From the NCBI GenBank assembly GCA_041490745.1, contig JBGPTS010000002.1, positions 1 through 53,214 of the forward strand: DNA of 53,214 nucleotides. Direction: 5' to 3'. A program made the translations under genes and the position numbers. Every line of letters begins with the position of its first letter. Position 1 is the stretch's first letter. Below, one piece after another: positions 1 to 9,679 of the stretch. The notes under the pieces were generated by a model. It was given only the letters and a program-made list of their open reading frames with translations, was not told the DNA's origin and made no database searches. The stretch comes from Candidatus Binatia bacterium. GTDB taxonomy: Bacteria > Desulfobacterota > Binatia > UBA9968.

Positions 1-300
1 CTCAACAAGCTGGCGCGGGTTCTCATCAAGCAGGCGCGCTACCAGGAGGCGCTGCCGCATCTCGAAAAAGCCCTGGAAATGGATCCGGATTCCGTCGGCA
101 CGTATATTCAGTTGGGGCGGCTCCACCACGCGAAAAAAGATTTCGCCGCCGCCAAAGCCGATCTGGAAGAGGCGATCCAGTTGAACCCTTTCAATCCGGA
201 GATTTACCGCCTGCTTGCCGACGCCTACACCGCGCTCGGCGAGACGGACAAGGCGAAGAGCGCGCGCGCCACGTTGGAGCGGCTCGCGCGGACGAGATAG
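1..300 (+). CDS. TPR-repeat protein, C-terminal fragment (5' end outside window)
   Basis: The reading frame is open from nt 1 (LNKLARVLIKQARYQEALPHLEKALEMDPDS...). Repeated 34-aa TPR-like A/L/Y pattern. Stop at 298-300. Confidence 0.6.
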   Translation, partial: LNKLARVLIKQARYQEALPHLEKALEMDPDSVGTYIQLGRLHHAKKDFAAAKADLEEAIQLNPFNPEIYRLLADAYTALGETDKAKSARATLERLARTR

Positions 301-314
301 AAAGGCGAACAAGA

Positions 315-1343
315 ATGGAATCCGTCGAGATCAACGACCGGGAAATCGCGGCGATCGAAGAGTTTGCCGCCAGGCGCGCCGCGATGCTGGAAGAGATTCG
401 CAAGGTGATCGTCGGCCAGGAAGAAGTGATGGAGGAAGTTTTGATCGCGCTTTTCGCCCGCGGTCATTGCCTTCTGGTCGGCGTCCCCGGGCTGGCGAAG
501 ACGCTTCTCATCAGCACGCTGGCGGAGATTCTCGATCTCGAATTCAACCGCATTCAGTTCACGCCCGATTTGATGCCTTCCGACATCACGGGAACCGATA
601 TCCTGCAAGAGAACGTCACGCCCGGAAGACGCCAGTTTCAGTTTATGCGCGGCCCCATCTTCACCAACATTCTTTTGGCGGACGAAATCAACCGCACGCC
701 GCCGAAGACGCAGGCGGCGCTCTTGCAGTCGATGCAAGAGTACAAAGTGACGGCCGGCGGCGTGACTTACCCGCTCGACCTCCCCTTCTTCGTCCTGGCG
801 ACGCAGAATCCGATCGAACAGGAAGGCACCTATCCGTTGCCGGAGGCGCAGCTCGACCGCTTCATGTTGAACATCGGCATTCACTATCCGCCGTTCGAGG
901 ACGAGGTGAAGATCGTGATGCAGACGACTTCGGTCGGCAAACCCAAGCCGCAAAAGGTGATGGACGGCGCCGCCATCCTGCGCTATCAGGAACTTGTCCG
1001 GCGCGTGCCGGCCTCGCCGTTCGTCGTGAACTACGCCGTCTCGCTGGCCCAGAAATCCCGGCCGCATAATCCCGACGCGCCGAAGTTCGTCAAAGACTAC
1101 ATCGAGTGGGGCGCCGGGCCGAGAGCCTCGCAATGTCTCATCCTCGGCGCCAAGGCGAGAACAATCTTGCAAGGACGCTACGCAGTGTCGATCGAAGATA
1201 TTCAGGCGCTTGCGCCCTCCGTCCTTCGCCACCGCATCTTGCCCAACTTCAAAGCCCAGGCCGACGGCCTCACCTCCCTCGACATCATCGCGCGGCTGTT
1301 GAACGAAGTGAAGCCGTCGGAAGATGGGAGGGGGATGCGGTGA
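315..1343 (+). CDS. MoxR-family AAA+ ATPase
   Basis: Walker A GVPGLAKT and Walker B ILLADEINR. Typical MoxR length (342 aa). DUF58 and vWA genes lie downstream. Confidence 0.9.
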   Translation: MESVEINDREIAAIEEFAARRAAMLEEIRKVIVGQEEVMEEVLIALFARGHCLLVGVPGLAKTLLISTLAEILDLEFNRIQFTPDLMPSDITGTDILQENVTPGRRQFQFMRGPIFTNILLADEINRTPPKTQAALLQSMQEYKVTAGGVTYPLDLPFFVLATQNPIEQEGTYPLPEAQLDRFMLNIGIHYPPFEDEVKIVMQTTSVGKPKPQKVMDGAAILRYQELVRRVPASPFVVNYAVSLAQKSRPHNPDAPKFVKDYIEWGAGPRASQCLILGAKARTILQGRYAVSIEDIQALAPSVLRHRILPNFKAQADGLTSLDIIARLLNEVKPSEDGRGMR

Positions 1344-1397
1344 CTTGTTCAACGATCCCTTTCGCCCGGTAATTTGTTTTCGATCTCAGCGCAGCCC

Positions 1398-2873
1398 CTA
1401 CGGCACACGGTAAACCCACAACGCCCACGGCTCGGTTTTTTTGGCGTACCCTTCGAAGCGCGGGGCCGGCCGCGTAGCGCGGAGAATCGTCGTGACAAAG
1501 CGAGTCCGCAGTAATTTCAGGTACAATGTCTCCGGCGGTGTGATACGCGCCATCAACGCGACGCCCGGCAAGCGTTCGACGCGCTCGCGCGCCGCGTCGC
1601 TCGCCACCACGACAACGGCGCTCTGCGGCGCGGCGTCGTCGAGCTTCGAGAGCGCATAGCGCGGCTTGAAACCTTCGGCGAACAATAACGGAAATTCGTG
1701 TTGCCGCTCGATCACGACCTCAGCCGGCTGAGCGCGCGCAAGAACGGCCCGGAGTTCCTCGTACGGGACAAGCGCGCTGCCGCTGTCCAGCATGAGACAA
1801 GCGACGGAGTTGATCGCAAGCGCCAGTAGCGTGACGTATTGCGCGCGCCGGCTGAAACGCTCGGCTAATTCATGCCCGAGCAGCCACATCGCGGGCAACA
1901 CCAGCGGCGCAAAAAATCGCGGCACACGCGCCAGCGGCGCGTAACGGATCGGCGAGAGCGTGCCGTACGCCAGCCACAGGAAACCCGCGGCGATGATGAA
2001 GGCGAGCGCTCGGTCGCTCCCGTCCACCGGCTTCCATAAGCGAAACGCCACGGCCGGAGCGATCAGCCAGGGAAAAAGCCCGAATGTCCGCTCGACGAAC
2101 AGCCGCACCAGCGGCTCGCCGATCCACGCAAGATTCGCGCCGCGGTAGCTGAGGTCGGGACCCGTATCCCAATCTGTCTCGACGTGCGCCAGCGCGGCGG
2201 AAATCCGCACCCACGGATCGCCCATCAGGCCATGAATCAGCGGATCGATGCCGAACGCGAGCGCGATGCCGACGACGACCCAAAGATGCGCGCGCGCCGG
2301 CCGCGCGACGACGAAAGCATAGACGGGGTAGATGGCGAGGATCATGAGCGCGGCCTCGTGCGCGACGCCGGCGAGACCGAGACTGAGACCGCCGGCCAGA
2401 TAGAGCCCCGGCTTGCGCTCGCGCTCGGCCAGAACAAAGCAGCCGAGACCTACGCCGCTGAAAAGCACGACGGGCTCGGTGGGAAAAAGCATGCTGGCGA
2501 ATATCACGTCCATGGGAAATATCGCCACCAGAAACGCCGCGATCAGACCGGAGCGTGCGTCGTAAAGCCGTCGCCCCAGGACAAACGCCGCGACGACGCT
2601 GAGGAGCGAGCAGAGAAACGGGAAGGCGTTGGTCGTGAGAGGACTGACGCCGAAGGCGCGATAGAAGAGCGCTGTCGGGCCGACGAGGCCGATCCGGGTG
2701 GCCCAGTGCGACGCCGGCGGCGTGAAGCCGCCTTGGCTCAGCTCGAATGCGCGCCGGATATAATGGATATCGTCCTGGCCGTGATAGCCGGTGAAAAAGA
2801 AGACACGCAGCGCCGCCGCAACGCCGAGGATAAAAATCAGCGCCGCCGTCGGCGCGATCTTGACTTGTCGCAT
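1398..2873 (-). CDS. GT-C fold membrane glycosyltransferase (family 39 / ArnT-PMT-like)
   Basis: 491 aa and polytopic. Has a DD motif in the first loop (GYHGQDDIHY) and many TM helices followed by a soluble C-terminal domain. Confidence 0.65.
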   Translation of the reverse strand: MRQVKIAPTAALIFILGVAAALRVFFFTGYHGQDDIHYIRRAFELSQGGFTPPASHWATRIGLVGPTALFYRAFGVSPLTTNAFPFLCSLLSVVAAFVLGRRLYDARSGLIAAFLVAIFPMDVIFASMLFPTEPVVLFSGVGLGCFVLAERERKPGLYLAGGLSLGLAGVAHEAALMILAIYPVYAFVVARPARAHLWVVVGIALAFGIDPLIHGLMGDPWVRISAALAHVETDWDTGPDLSYRGANLAWIGEPLVRLFVERTFGLFPWLIAPAVAFRLWKPVDGSDRALAFIIAAGFLWLAYGTLSPIRYAPLARVPRFFAPLVLPAMWLLGHELAERFSRRAQYVTLLALAINSVACLMLDSGSALVPYEELRAVLARAQPAEVVIERQHEFPLLFAEGFKPRYALSKLDDAAPQSAVVVVASDAARERVERLPGVALMARITPPETLYLKLLRTRFVTTILRATRPAPRFEGYAKKTEPWALWVYRVP

Positions 2874-2932
2874 AGCGTCTCGTACGAGTATCCAAGCTCC
2901 GTCGTCGTGTCAAACGAAGCCTGGTCATTCCC

Positions 2933-3475
2933 GTGCCGTTCCATTCTTTGATCGCGCGCTTTTCCGCCGGGCGGCTTCCCGGCCGGCGGACTGCCCTTCA
3001 CGCGCACGGCATCGAGGTGCGCGGCAACCTCGAATTTCTCGCGCAGACGCGCGAGGCGCTCGCGCTGCTTGAACCCACACCGTTCTTCTCCGATATCAAA
3101 CGTTACATCGCCGTCATCCAACAAGGACGCCGCAGCGGCATGAGGGCCAACGCGGAGCGGCCGACGTTCGTCGTCGGCCGGCGGACGTGGCGCCACTCGG
3201 CCCTCTGGTACGCCGGAGCGATCGCGCACGACTGCTGTCATTCGAAGCTGTACCACGAAGCCAAAACCACGAGCGGCGGCAAACCGGCCGCCGACTCCTG
3301 GACCGGAAGCGACGCGGAAAAAAAATGTCTCGCGTTTCAGATCGAAACGATGCTGTCGTTGGGCGCCGACGAAAAGACGGTTGCTTATCTGAGGGAATTG
3401 GAGAAAAATCCCGTCTATCAGGAGCGCAACCGCGGCATGAGAAGCTGGTGGAATTATTTCCGGCGCCGCTGGTAG
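2933..3475 (+). CDS. hypothetical protein (start uncertain)
   Basis: 180-aa ORF with a non-artefactual composition (HDCCHSKLYH, C-terminal RRRW). I recognise no family. It sits between moxR and the DUF58 gene. Confidence 0.4.
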   Translation: MPFHSLIARFSAGRLPGRRTALHAHGIEVRGNLEFLAQTREALALLEPTPFFSDIKRYIAVIQQGRRSGMRANAERPTFVVGRRTWRHSALWYAGAIAHDCCHSKLYHEAKTTSGGKPAADSWTGSDAEKKCLAFQIETMLSLGADEKTVAYLRELEKNPVYQERNRGMRSWWNYFRRRW

Positions 3476-3498
3476 GATAAAAACCCTTTTCGTGTAAA

Positions 3499-4398
3499 AT
3501 GGCGGCTATGAACGGCGGCGAGCGGAGTTACTTCGATCCATTGGTCCTGGCGCGGCTTTCCAATCTCTACTTGAAGGCGCGCTGGGTGGTCGAAGGGACG
3601 ATGTCGGGCATCCACCGCAGCCGGTCCAAGGGATTCAGCGTCGAGTTCGAAGAACACCGGGAATATTCTCCCGGCGACGAGATCCGCCGCATCGACTGGA
3701 AGGCGCTCGGCAAGTTCGACCGTTATTTCATCAAGGAGACGGAAGACGAAACCAATCTCCGGGCGATGCTCGTGCTCGACGGCAGCGCGTCGATGGACTA
3801 CGGCTCAAACGGCGTCACGAAATTCGAGTACGCGTCGATCCTCACCGCCTCGCTCGCGTATCTGATTTTAAGACAGCAGGACGCGGCCGGCGTGGCGACT
3901 TTTTCCAACCGCATCGAATCGTTCATTCCGCCCAAGGCCAAGCGCGGCTACGTCTTCGAGATCCTTCGAGCCCTCGAGGCCCACCGACCTTCCGGCGAGA
4001 CCAACGCGGGCAAAATTCTTGAGGAGATCGCCAGCAAGATAACGCGCCGCGGCCTGGTGATTCTCGTTTCCGACTTGATCGACGACACGGATGGGGTGCT
4101 GAAGGCTCTCCGCCTCTTTCGCTTCAACGGCCACGACGTGATCGTGTTCCACGTCATGGACAGCGCCGAGATCGAGCTGCCGTTCGACGGCAACATTCTC
4201 TTCGAGGACATGGAGCGCGCCGATCTCCGAGTGACCGCCGATCCGCAAACCATCCGCCAGGTCTATCGCGGCGTCGTGGAAGAATTCATCGACCAGGTGC
4301 GCAAAGAATGTCACGCCAGTGCGATCGACTACCAACTCCTCTCCACCTCCACTCCGCTCGACCGCGCCCTGGTAAGCTATCTCGGTTGGAGAGGTTGA
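3499..4398 (+). CDS. DUF58 domain protein (vWA-like, MoxR partner)
   Basis: Signature HRSRSKGFSVEFEEHREYSPGDEIRRIDWKA. MIDAS-like LVLDGSASM. Confidence 0.85.
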   Translation: MAAMNGGERSYFDPLVLARLSNLYLKARWVVEGTMSGIHRSRSKGFSVEFEEHREYSPGDEIRRIDWKALGKFDRYFIKETEDETNLRAMLVLDGSASMDYGSNGVTKFEYASILTASLAYLILRQQDAAGVATFSNRIESFIPPKAKRGYVFEILRALEAHRPSGETNAGKILEEIASKITRRGLVILVSDLIDDTDGVLKALRLFRFNGHDVIVFHVMDSAEIELPFDGNILFEDMERADLRVTADPQTIRQVYRGVVEEFIDQVRKECHASAIDYQLLSTSTPLDRALVSYLGWRG

Positions 4399-4405
4399 AC
4401 GCTCG

Positions 4406-6538
4406 ATGACGCTGTTCTTCCTCAATCCGGTTTATCTCTGGGGCCTCGCCGCCGCTTCGCTGCCGGTCGTGATCCACCTGTTAAATCGTCGGCGCATCAA
4501 GCGCATGCGCTTCCCGGCCGTTAAATTTCTCTTGCTCTCACAAAGGCGCATCTCGCGCGCCAAGCGGCTGCGCCACTGGTTTCTCCTGGCACTCAGGACC
4601 TTTGCCATTCTGATTCTCGCGCTGCTGCTCGCGCGGCCGATTTTTCAGACCGGCGCGGGCCTGTTCGCGGGCGGCGGGCCGGCGAGCATCGCGCTCGTGC
4701 TGGATAATTCTCTCAGCATGAAATGGAGCCGCGGCGACGACGGCTTCGCTCAAGCGAAGGAAGCCGTGGCGCGTCTCTTCGCCTCGATCGGTCCCTACGA
4801 CCGCGCGGCGCTCGTGCCGACGAATGCGGCGGAACTCGAAACGATTCGCTTGAAGCGCGAGAAAGCGGTTCTCCTGCGCGACCTCGACGCCGTTACGATC
4901 GCCGACGCGAGCGCCGATTTCGCTCTCGCGCTCGGCCGCGCCTACGAGCTTTTGCGCGAGCCGGCCGCGGAGAAGGAGATCTGGATCGTCACGGATACGG
5001 CGCTCACCGATTGGGACCGCTTCAGCCTCGCCGCCGTCAAGCAGTACGATCCCCTCGTCCCGGTGAAAATCATCAAGGTCGGGCGCAAAGACGCGCCGCC
5101 GAATGCGGCGGTGCGCGAGATCAACCTCGGCGCCGAGGACGTGAGCGTCGGCCTGCCGATCGCGTTGCGGGCGACGATCGCCAACTTCGGCGACGCAGAG
5201 ATCAAAGACCTCTTGGTGCAGCTCCGCATCGACGATCAGCCGAAGGAGCAAAAACTCGTCACGCTCGCGCCGCGCGGCGAGACGGAGGCGAATTTTCAAT
5301 TCGTCCTGGCGAAAGCCGGAAGCCATCACGGAGCGGTGACGCTTAAGAAAGAAGGTTTCGCGGGAAGCCCGGTTTCGTTCTTTACGGTCGAGGCCGAGGA
5401 TAAAATCAAAGTGCTGATCGTGGACGGCGACCCGCAGACTTCCCTCGTGACGAGCGAAACTTTTTTTCTCAGCCGGGCGCTCAACCCCGACGGCGCCGAC
5501 AACGCCTCGCCTTTTGCGACGACGGTGGTGATTGCGGAGGGCATGGCATCCGTCCCGCTGGAATCCTATCAGGCGGTCGTCCTCTGCAACGTTGCGGAGA
5601 TCCCCGACGCGGCGCTCGCGCGCCTCAAAGACTACACGCGCCGGGGCGGCGGCCTGCTGATTTTTCTCGGCGACCGGATTCACGCCGACGATTACAACGC
5701 GAAGCTGTTCGATTCGTCGCCGTCGATTTTGCCGGCACGCCTCGGCGCCAAGCGGATCGTCGGCGCGAGCGGCGCGGAAAAAATCGACTGGATCGAGGCC
5801 AAACACCCTGTGCTCGCGGCCTTCTCCGATCCGATGCTTTTGGATTCGCTCAAATCGGCGCGCGTTACCGGCTATTTCCGCACCGAAGCCGGCGACGCGT
5901 CCGCGCTCGTCCGGCTCGCCGGCGGCGATCTCCTGGCGCTCGAGAAGAAAGCGGGCGCGGGCCGGGTGATTCTCGTCGGCACGTCGGCCGACCGCGACTG
6001 GAGCGATCTGCCGGTGAAAACCGCCTATCTGCCGCTCGTGCAGTCGCTGGTGAGTTATCTGCAAGGCGGGAAAAAGGGCTCTCTGGAAAACGGCATTGCG
6101 GCGGGCGGCGCAAAGAAATTTTTTCTCCCGCCCGCTTACGTCGGCAAGAGCCTGCGCATCACCCGCCCGGATCGCCGTGAGCGCGAGATCGATCTCGCCG
6201 CCGAGGGCAATCGGGCCGCGGGCGCTTTCCGCGAAAACGATCTCGCGGGGATTTACCGCGTGGCGGCGCCGCCTTCGTCGCCGGCCGCCGCCGCGACCGA
6301 TGTCCAGACCGGCCTGCCGCCGATTTACGCGGTCAACGCGCCGTTCCTCGAATCCCGCATCGAGAGCGTCGGCGAGCCGGAGCTCCAAGCGAAGTTCCGG
6401 CCGGCGCGCGCGCAAATCATTCCGATCGAGTCGCTCGACAAAGGCGGCTCGCGGAGCGATCTTTCTCTTCCCTTGTTGCTCGCTCTGATTGTCGCCCTGT
6501 TGTCCGAAGGATGGCTCGCGCAGAGATTTTATGGATAG
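4406..6538 (+). CDS. BatA N-terminal domain membrane protein (vWA-like / GATase1-like)
   Basis: N-terminus MTLFFLNPVYLWGLAAASLPVVIHLLNRRR matches the aerotolerance BatA_N signature. DNSLS MIDAS motif. C-terminal TM helix. Confidence 0.8.
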   Translation: MTLFFLNPVYLWGLAAASLPVVIHLLNRRRIKRMRFPAVKFLLLSQRRISRAKRLRHWFLLALRTFAILILALLLARPIFQTGAGLFAGGGPASIALVLDNSLSMKWSRGDDGFAQAKEAVARLFASIGPYDRAALVPTNAAELETIRLKREKAVLLRDLDAVTIADASADFALALGRAYELLREPAAEKEIWIVTDTALTDWDRFSLAAVKQYDPLVPVKIIKVGRKDAPPNAAVREINLGAEDVSVGLPIALRATIANFGDAEIKDLLVQLRIDDQPKEQKLVTLAPRGETEANFQFVLAKAGSHHGAVTLKKEGFAGSPVSFFTVEAEDKIKVLIVDGDPQTSLVTSETFFLSRALNPDGADNASPFATTVVIAEGMASVPLESYQAVVLCNVAEIPDAALARLKDYTRRGGGLLIFLGDRIHADDYNAKLFDSSPSILPARLGAKRIVGASGAEKIDWIEAKHPVLAAFSDPMLLDSLKSARVTGYFRTEAGDASALVRLAGGDLLALEKKAGAGRVILVGTSADRDWSDLPVKTAYLPLVQSLVSYLQGGKKGSLENGIAAGGAKKFFLPPAYVGKSLRITRPDRREREIDLAAEGNRAAGAFRENDLAGIYRVAAPPSSPAAAATDVQTGLPPIYAVNAPFLESRIESVGEPELQAKFRPARAQIIPIESLDKGGSRSDLSLPLLLALIVALLSEGWLAQRFYG

Positions 6539-7307
6539 ACGCCGCTTCCTCCAATGGGTTTCCTACGCCGGTCTCGCCGCCGCCGGCCTCTCGCCCGGAC
6601 GCGCGCGCGCCGCCCAGGCCCAGGAGCGGCCGAGGGCGGCCCAGTTCGTCTTCGCCCAGCTCAAATATCGCGGCGGCGACTGGAACCCGCGCTCGCTCGC
6701 CGTGCCGCCGCTGATGGAAGAACTGATGCTGCGCACGAGCGTCGAGGCGGCGCCGGCGCGCCGCGAGGTCACGCTCGCCGACCCGGATCTCTTTTCCTAT
6801 CCGTTTCTTTACGTCGCCGGCAAATACGACTTCGAGCCGTTCGCGCGCGAGGAGATCGACGCGCTCCGGCGCTTCTTATCTTACGGCGGATTCCTGCTTG
6901 CGGACGACGCGCTCGGACAGCCGGGCTACGGCTTCGATCAGAGCCTGCGCCGCGAATTGAAGCGCGCATTGCCGGAAAAAGAATTCACCCGCCTGCCGGC
7001 GAGCCATCCGGCGATGCGGAGTTTTTATCTGCTGAGAAAAATCGGCGGCGCGAAGATGGTCCATCCCTACGTCGAGGGCATCAACGTCGGCCCTTCGACG
7101 CCGGTGATATATTGCCAGAACGATCTCGGCGGCGCGTGGGAGCGCGACCAGCTCGGCAACTGGATCAACTCCTGCACGCCGGGCGGCGAGGAGCAGAGAC
7201 GCGACGCGTTTCATCTCGGCGTCAACCTCATACTTTACGCCATGACGGAGAACTACAAAGACGATCTGATCCATGTCCCGTTCATCCGCCGGCGGTTGAC
7301 GAGGTAA
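6531..7307 (+). CDS. DUF4159 domain protein with Tat-type signal
   Basis: ATG at 6531 overlaps the upstream stop (ATGGATAG). MDRRRFLQWVSYAGLAAAG is a twin-arginine leader. FAQLKYRGGDWNPR...PFLYVAGKYDF...GGFLLADD is the typical DUF4159 core. Confidence 0.8.
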   Translation: MDRRRFLQWVSYAGLAAAGLSPGRARAAQAQERPRAAQFVFAQLKYRGGDWNPRSLAVPPLMEELMLRTSVEAAPARREVTLADPDLFSYPFLYVAGKYDFEPFAREEIDALRRFLSYGGFLLADDALGQPGYGFDQSLRRELKRALPEKEFTRLPASHPAMRSFYLLRKIGGAKMVHPYVEGINVGPSTPVIYCQNDLGGAWERDQLGNWINSCTPGGEEQRRDAFHLGVNLILYAMTENYKDDLIHVPFIRRRLTR

Positions 7308-7394
7308 AGCGGCGCTGAACAATGAGTGCTGAATGCTGAGTTTATCGAAAACTCTTTGACTCAGCACTCAGGACTTAATAACGATGACGGAAAA

Positions 7395-9671
7395 ATGAGC
7401 GAACTTTACTTTATCGGCGGTTTGGCCTGGTGGGTCGTTGCGGCGATCGCTTTCGGCGCGCTGGCCGCGATTGTCTATCAGTTCATCGGCTTGAGGCGGC
7501 GCCTCGGCGGCCGGCGCGCGGCGCTTCTGACGGCGGCCCGCGCGGCGGTTTACGCGCTGCTCGTTTTCTTTTTGCTGAGTCCCGGCCTCGTCGAGCAGCG
7601 CGCGACCCGATTGCGCCGCCCGCTGAGCCTGTTGATCGACACCTCCGCGAGCATGGCGCTCGCGGCGTCGCCGGGAAAAAGCCGTCTCGATCTGGTCAAG
7701 GAAAAACTCCTTGGCGGCAAGGAGCCGCTGATCGAGAAGCTGGCGCGCGACTACGATCTCCGCGTTTACCAGTTTCATACCGTCCTCGAGCCGCTCGCGC
7801 CGTCTGCGTTGCCGCAGTTGGCGGCGCGCGGCAAAGGCACCCGCCTTTTGGAAATCGTGCGGCAAGCGAGCCGCGACGCGGGCGCGCATGGCGCGATCTT
7901 GCTCGTGAGCGACGGCATCGCCAACGGCGCGAGCAAGGCGTGGTTCGACAAGCTCACCACCCTGAGCAACGTCGAAGGGGCCAACGATGACGCCGCGCTG
8001 CCGGCGCCGGTCGTCGCCGTCGGCGTGGGCGAGAGCCGGGGCTACGTCGATCTCCGCATCGCGGACTTGAGCGCGCCCGAGTTCGCTTTTCGCAACCGTG
8101 AATTTAAAATCGAGGTGACGATCGAGGCGCGCGGTCTCGCGGGCAAAACCGTGCCGCTGTATTTCAATCGGGGAAAAAATCTCGTCGCCGGCCGCTCGGT
8201 CGCGATCGATCGCGACGACTTCGAGCAGCGCGTCACGCTCGCCTATACGCCGAAAGAGATCGGGGCGCTCGGCTTTACGGTCAGCGTGCCGGCGCAGCCG
8301 GGCGAGCAGATCGCGGAAAACAACCAGAAGGAATTCAAAGTCGAAGTCCGGCGCGACAAGCTCCGCGTGCTGACGCTCTCCGGTTCGCCGGCGTGGAGCT
8401 ACCGTTTTCTCCGCATGGCGCTCAAGCAGGACCCGTTCATCGATCTCGTCTCCTTCGTATTTCTGCGCACGCCGACCGACGTGGTCGATGTGCCGGACAA
8501 TCAATTGAGCCTGATTCCGTTTCCGATCGACGAGATTTTTCTCGAAGAGCTGAAAAATTTCGACGTGGTGTTTCTCGACGACTTTTCCTACCGCTCGTAT
8601 TTCAACGTGATGTATCTTGAACGCGTGCACGACTTCGTCCGCGACGGCGGCGGCCTCGCCATGTTGGGCGGCGTCCGCTCGTTCGACAGCGGCGGTTACG
8701 CCGACAGCCCGCTCCGCGACGTGCTGCCGGTCGAGCTCGACGGCAAAGGCAGATATCAGAGCGAGACGCGCGCGCGCGGCGTGCTCACGCCGTCGGGCAA
8801 GGCGCATCCGGTGACGCGCCTCGCCGCCGACCCGCTGGCGAACGAAGAGGCGTGGAAAAAGATGCCCGCGCTGAAGAGCCTGAATCAAGTGCTCAGAGGC
8901 CGTGGCGAGACGCTGCTTCAAGCGGCGACGGACGGCGCGGGCGGCGGGCCGCCGCTCTTGACGGTGGGGAAATTCGGCAAGGGCCGCACGCTCGCGCTCA
9001 TGACCGACGACGCCTGGCGTTGGAGCTTCGGCGCGGTCGGCGCGAAAGAAAGCCCGCAGAATCATTTGAAACTCGTCCGCCACGCGGTGCGCTGGCTCGC
9101 GCAGGAGCCGATGTTCGAGCAGGTGCAGATCCGTTCGATCGCCGGCTCGCGCACGCCGGGACAAAAGAGCGAATTTAGAATTCAGGTGTTGAACGACGAC
9201 TTCGCGCCGGCGGCGCACGCCCAATTGAAGATCGCCGTGACCGGCGCCGAAGGCGACCGGATTCCGCTCGAGGCCGTCGAGGAGGCCGACGGCGATTACC
9301 GCGCCGATTTCACTCCCGCCAAAGAAGGCGCGTACCGGATCGAGGCGGAGGCCGCACTCGTCGGCAAGGCGCTCGGCAAGGACCAAAAAAATTTCACCGT
9401 CGAGTTTCCCTACGCGGAAACGGAAGACGGCCGGCCGCGGCCCGAGTTGCTCAAGCAGATCGCCGAAACGAGCCGCGGGGAGTTCGTGCCGATCGCCGAG
9501 CTCGACGCGAAAACGATGGAGCGCGTCGCGGCGCAACTCGACCGTCTCGCCCCCGCGGAGATCGTCGAGCGGCGGGAAATTCCGCTGTGGAGCATGCTGA
9601 CGACGTTTTTTATCGTCCTCGTCCTCCTCAGCAGCGAGTGGTGGCTCAGACGGAAATGGGGACTCATCTGA
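7395..9671 (+). CDS. membrane protein with vWA-like and glutamine-amidotransferase-like domains (Bat-cluster member)
   Basis: The internal ATG at 7395 (MSELYFIGGLAWWVV, TM helix) is the likely start. LLIDTSASM MIDAS motif. C-terminal TM helix plus RRKWGLI. Confidence 0.7.
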   Translation: MSELYFIGGLAWWVVAAIAFGALAAIVYQFIGLRRRLGGRRAALLTAARAAVYALLVFFLLSPGLVEQRATRLRRPLSLLIDTSASMALAASPGKSRLDLVKEKLLGGKEPLIEKLARDYDLRVYQFHTVLEPLAPSALPQLAARGKGTRLLEIVRQASRDAGAHGAILLVSDGIANGASKAWFDKLTTLSNVEGANDDAALPAPVVAVGVGESRGYVDLRIADLSAPEFAFRNREFKIEVTIEARGLAGKTVPLYFNRGKNLVAGRSVAIDRDDFEQRVTLAYTPKEIGALGFTVSVPAQPGEQIAENNQKEFKVEVRRDKLRVLTLSGSPAWSYRFLRMALKQDPFIDLVSFVFLRTPTDVVDVPDNQLSLIPFPIDEIFLEELKNFDVVFLDDFSYRSYFNVMYLERVHDFVRDGGGLAMLGGVRSFDSGGYADSPLRDVLPVELDGKGRYQSETRARGVLTPSGKAHPVTRLAADPLANEEAWKKMPALKSLNQVLRGRGETLLQAATDGAGGGPPLLTVGKFGKGRTLALMTDDAWRWSFGAVGAKESPQNHLKLVRHAVRWLAQEPMFEQVQIRSIAGSRTPGQKSEFRIQVLNDDFAPAAHAQLKIAVTGAEGDRIPLEAVEEADGDYRADFTPAKEGAYRIEAEAALVGKALGKDQKNFTVEFPYAETEDGRPRPELLKQIAETSRGEFVPIAELDAKTMERVAAQLDRLAPAEIVERREIPLWSMLTTFFIVLVLLSSEWWLRRKWGLI

Positions 9672-9679
9672 AAAGTAAA

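Noticed and set aside
225-1352. Long antisense and out-of-frame ORFs. Examples are 225-1352(-), 4538-6415(-), 7368-9536(-), 29439-31004(-), 31016-32386(-), 44824-46134(-), 49896-50882(-) and 51206-52576(-), plus many +1/+2 frame ORFs.
   Set aside because: Each lies opposite or inside a gene with strong family signatures. Their translations are Arg/Ala/Gly/Pro-rich low-complexity strings, as expected when stop codons are rare in high-GC DNA. None has an RBS or a recognisable motif.
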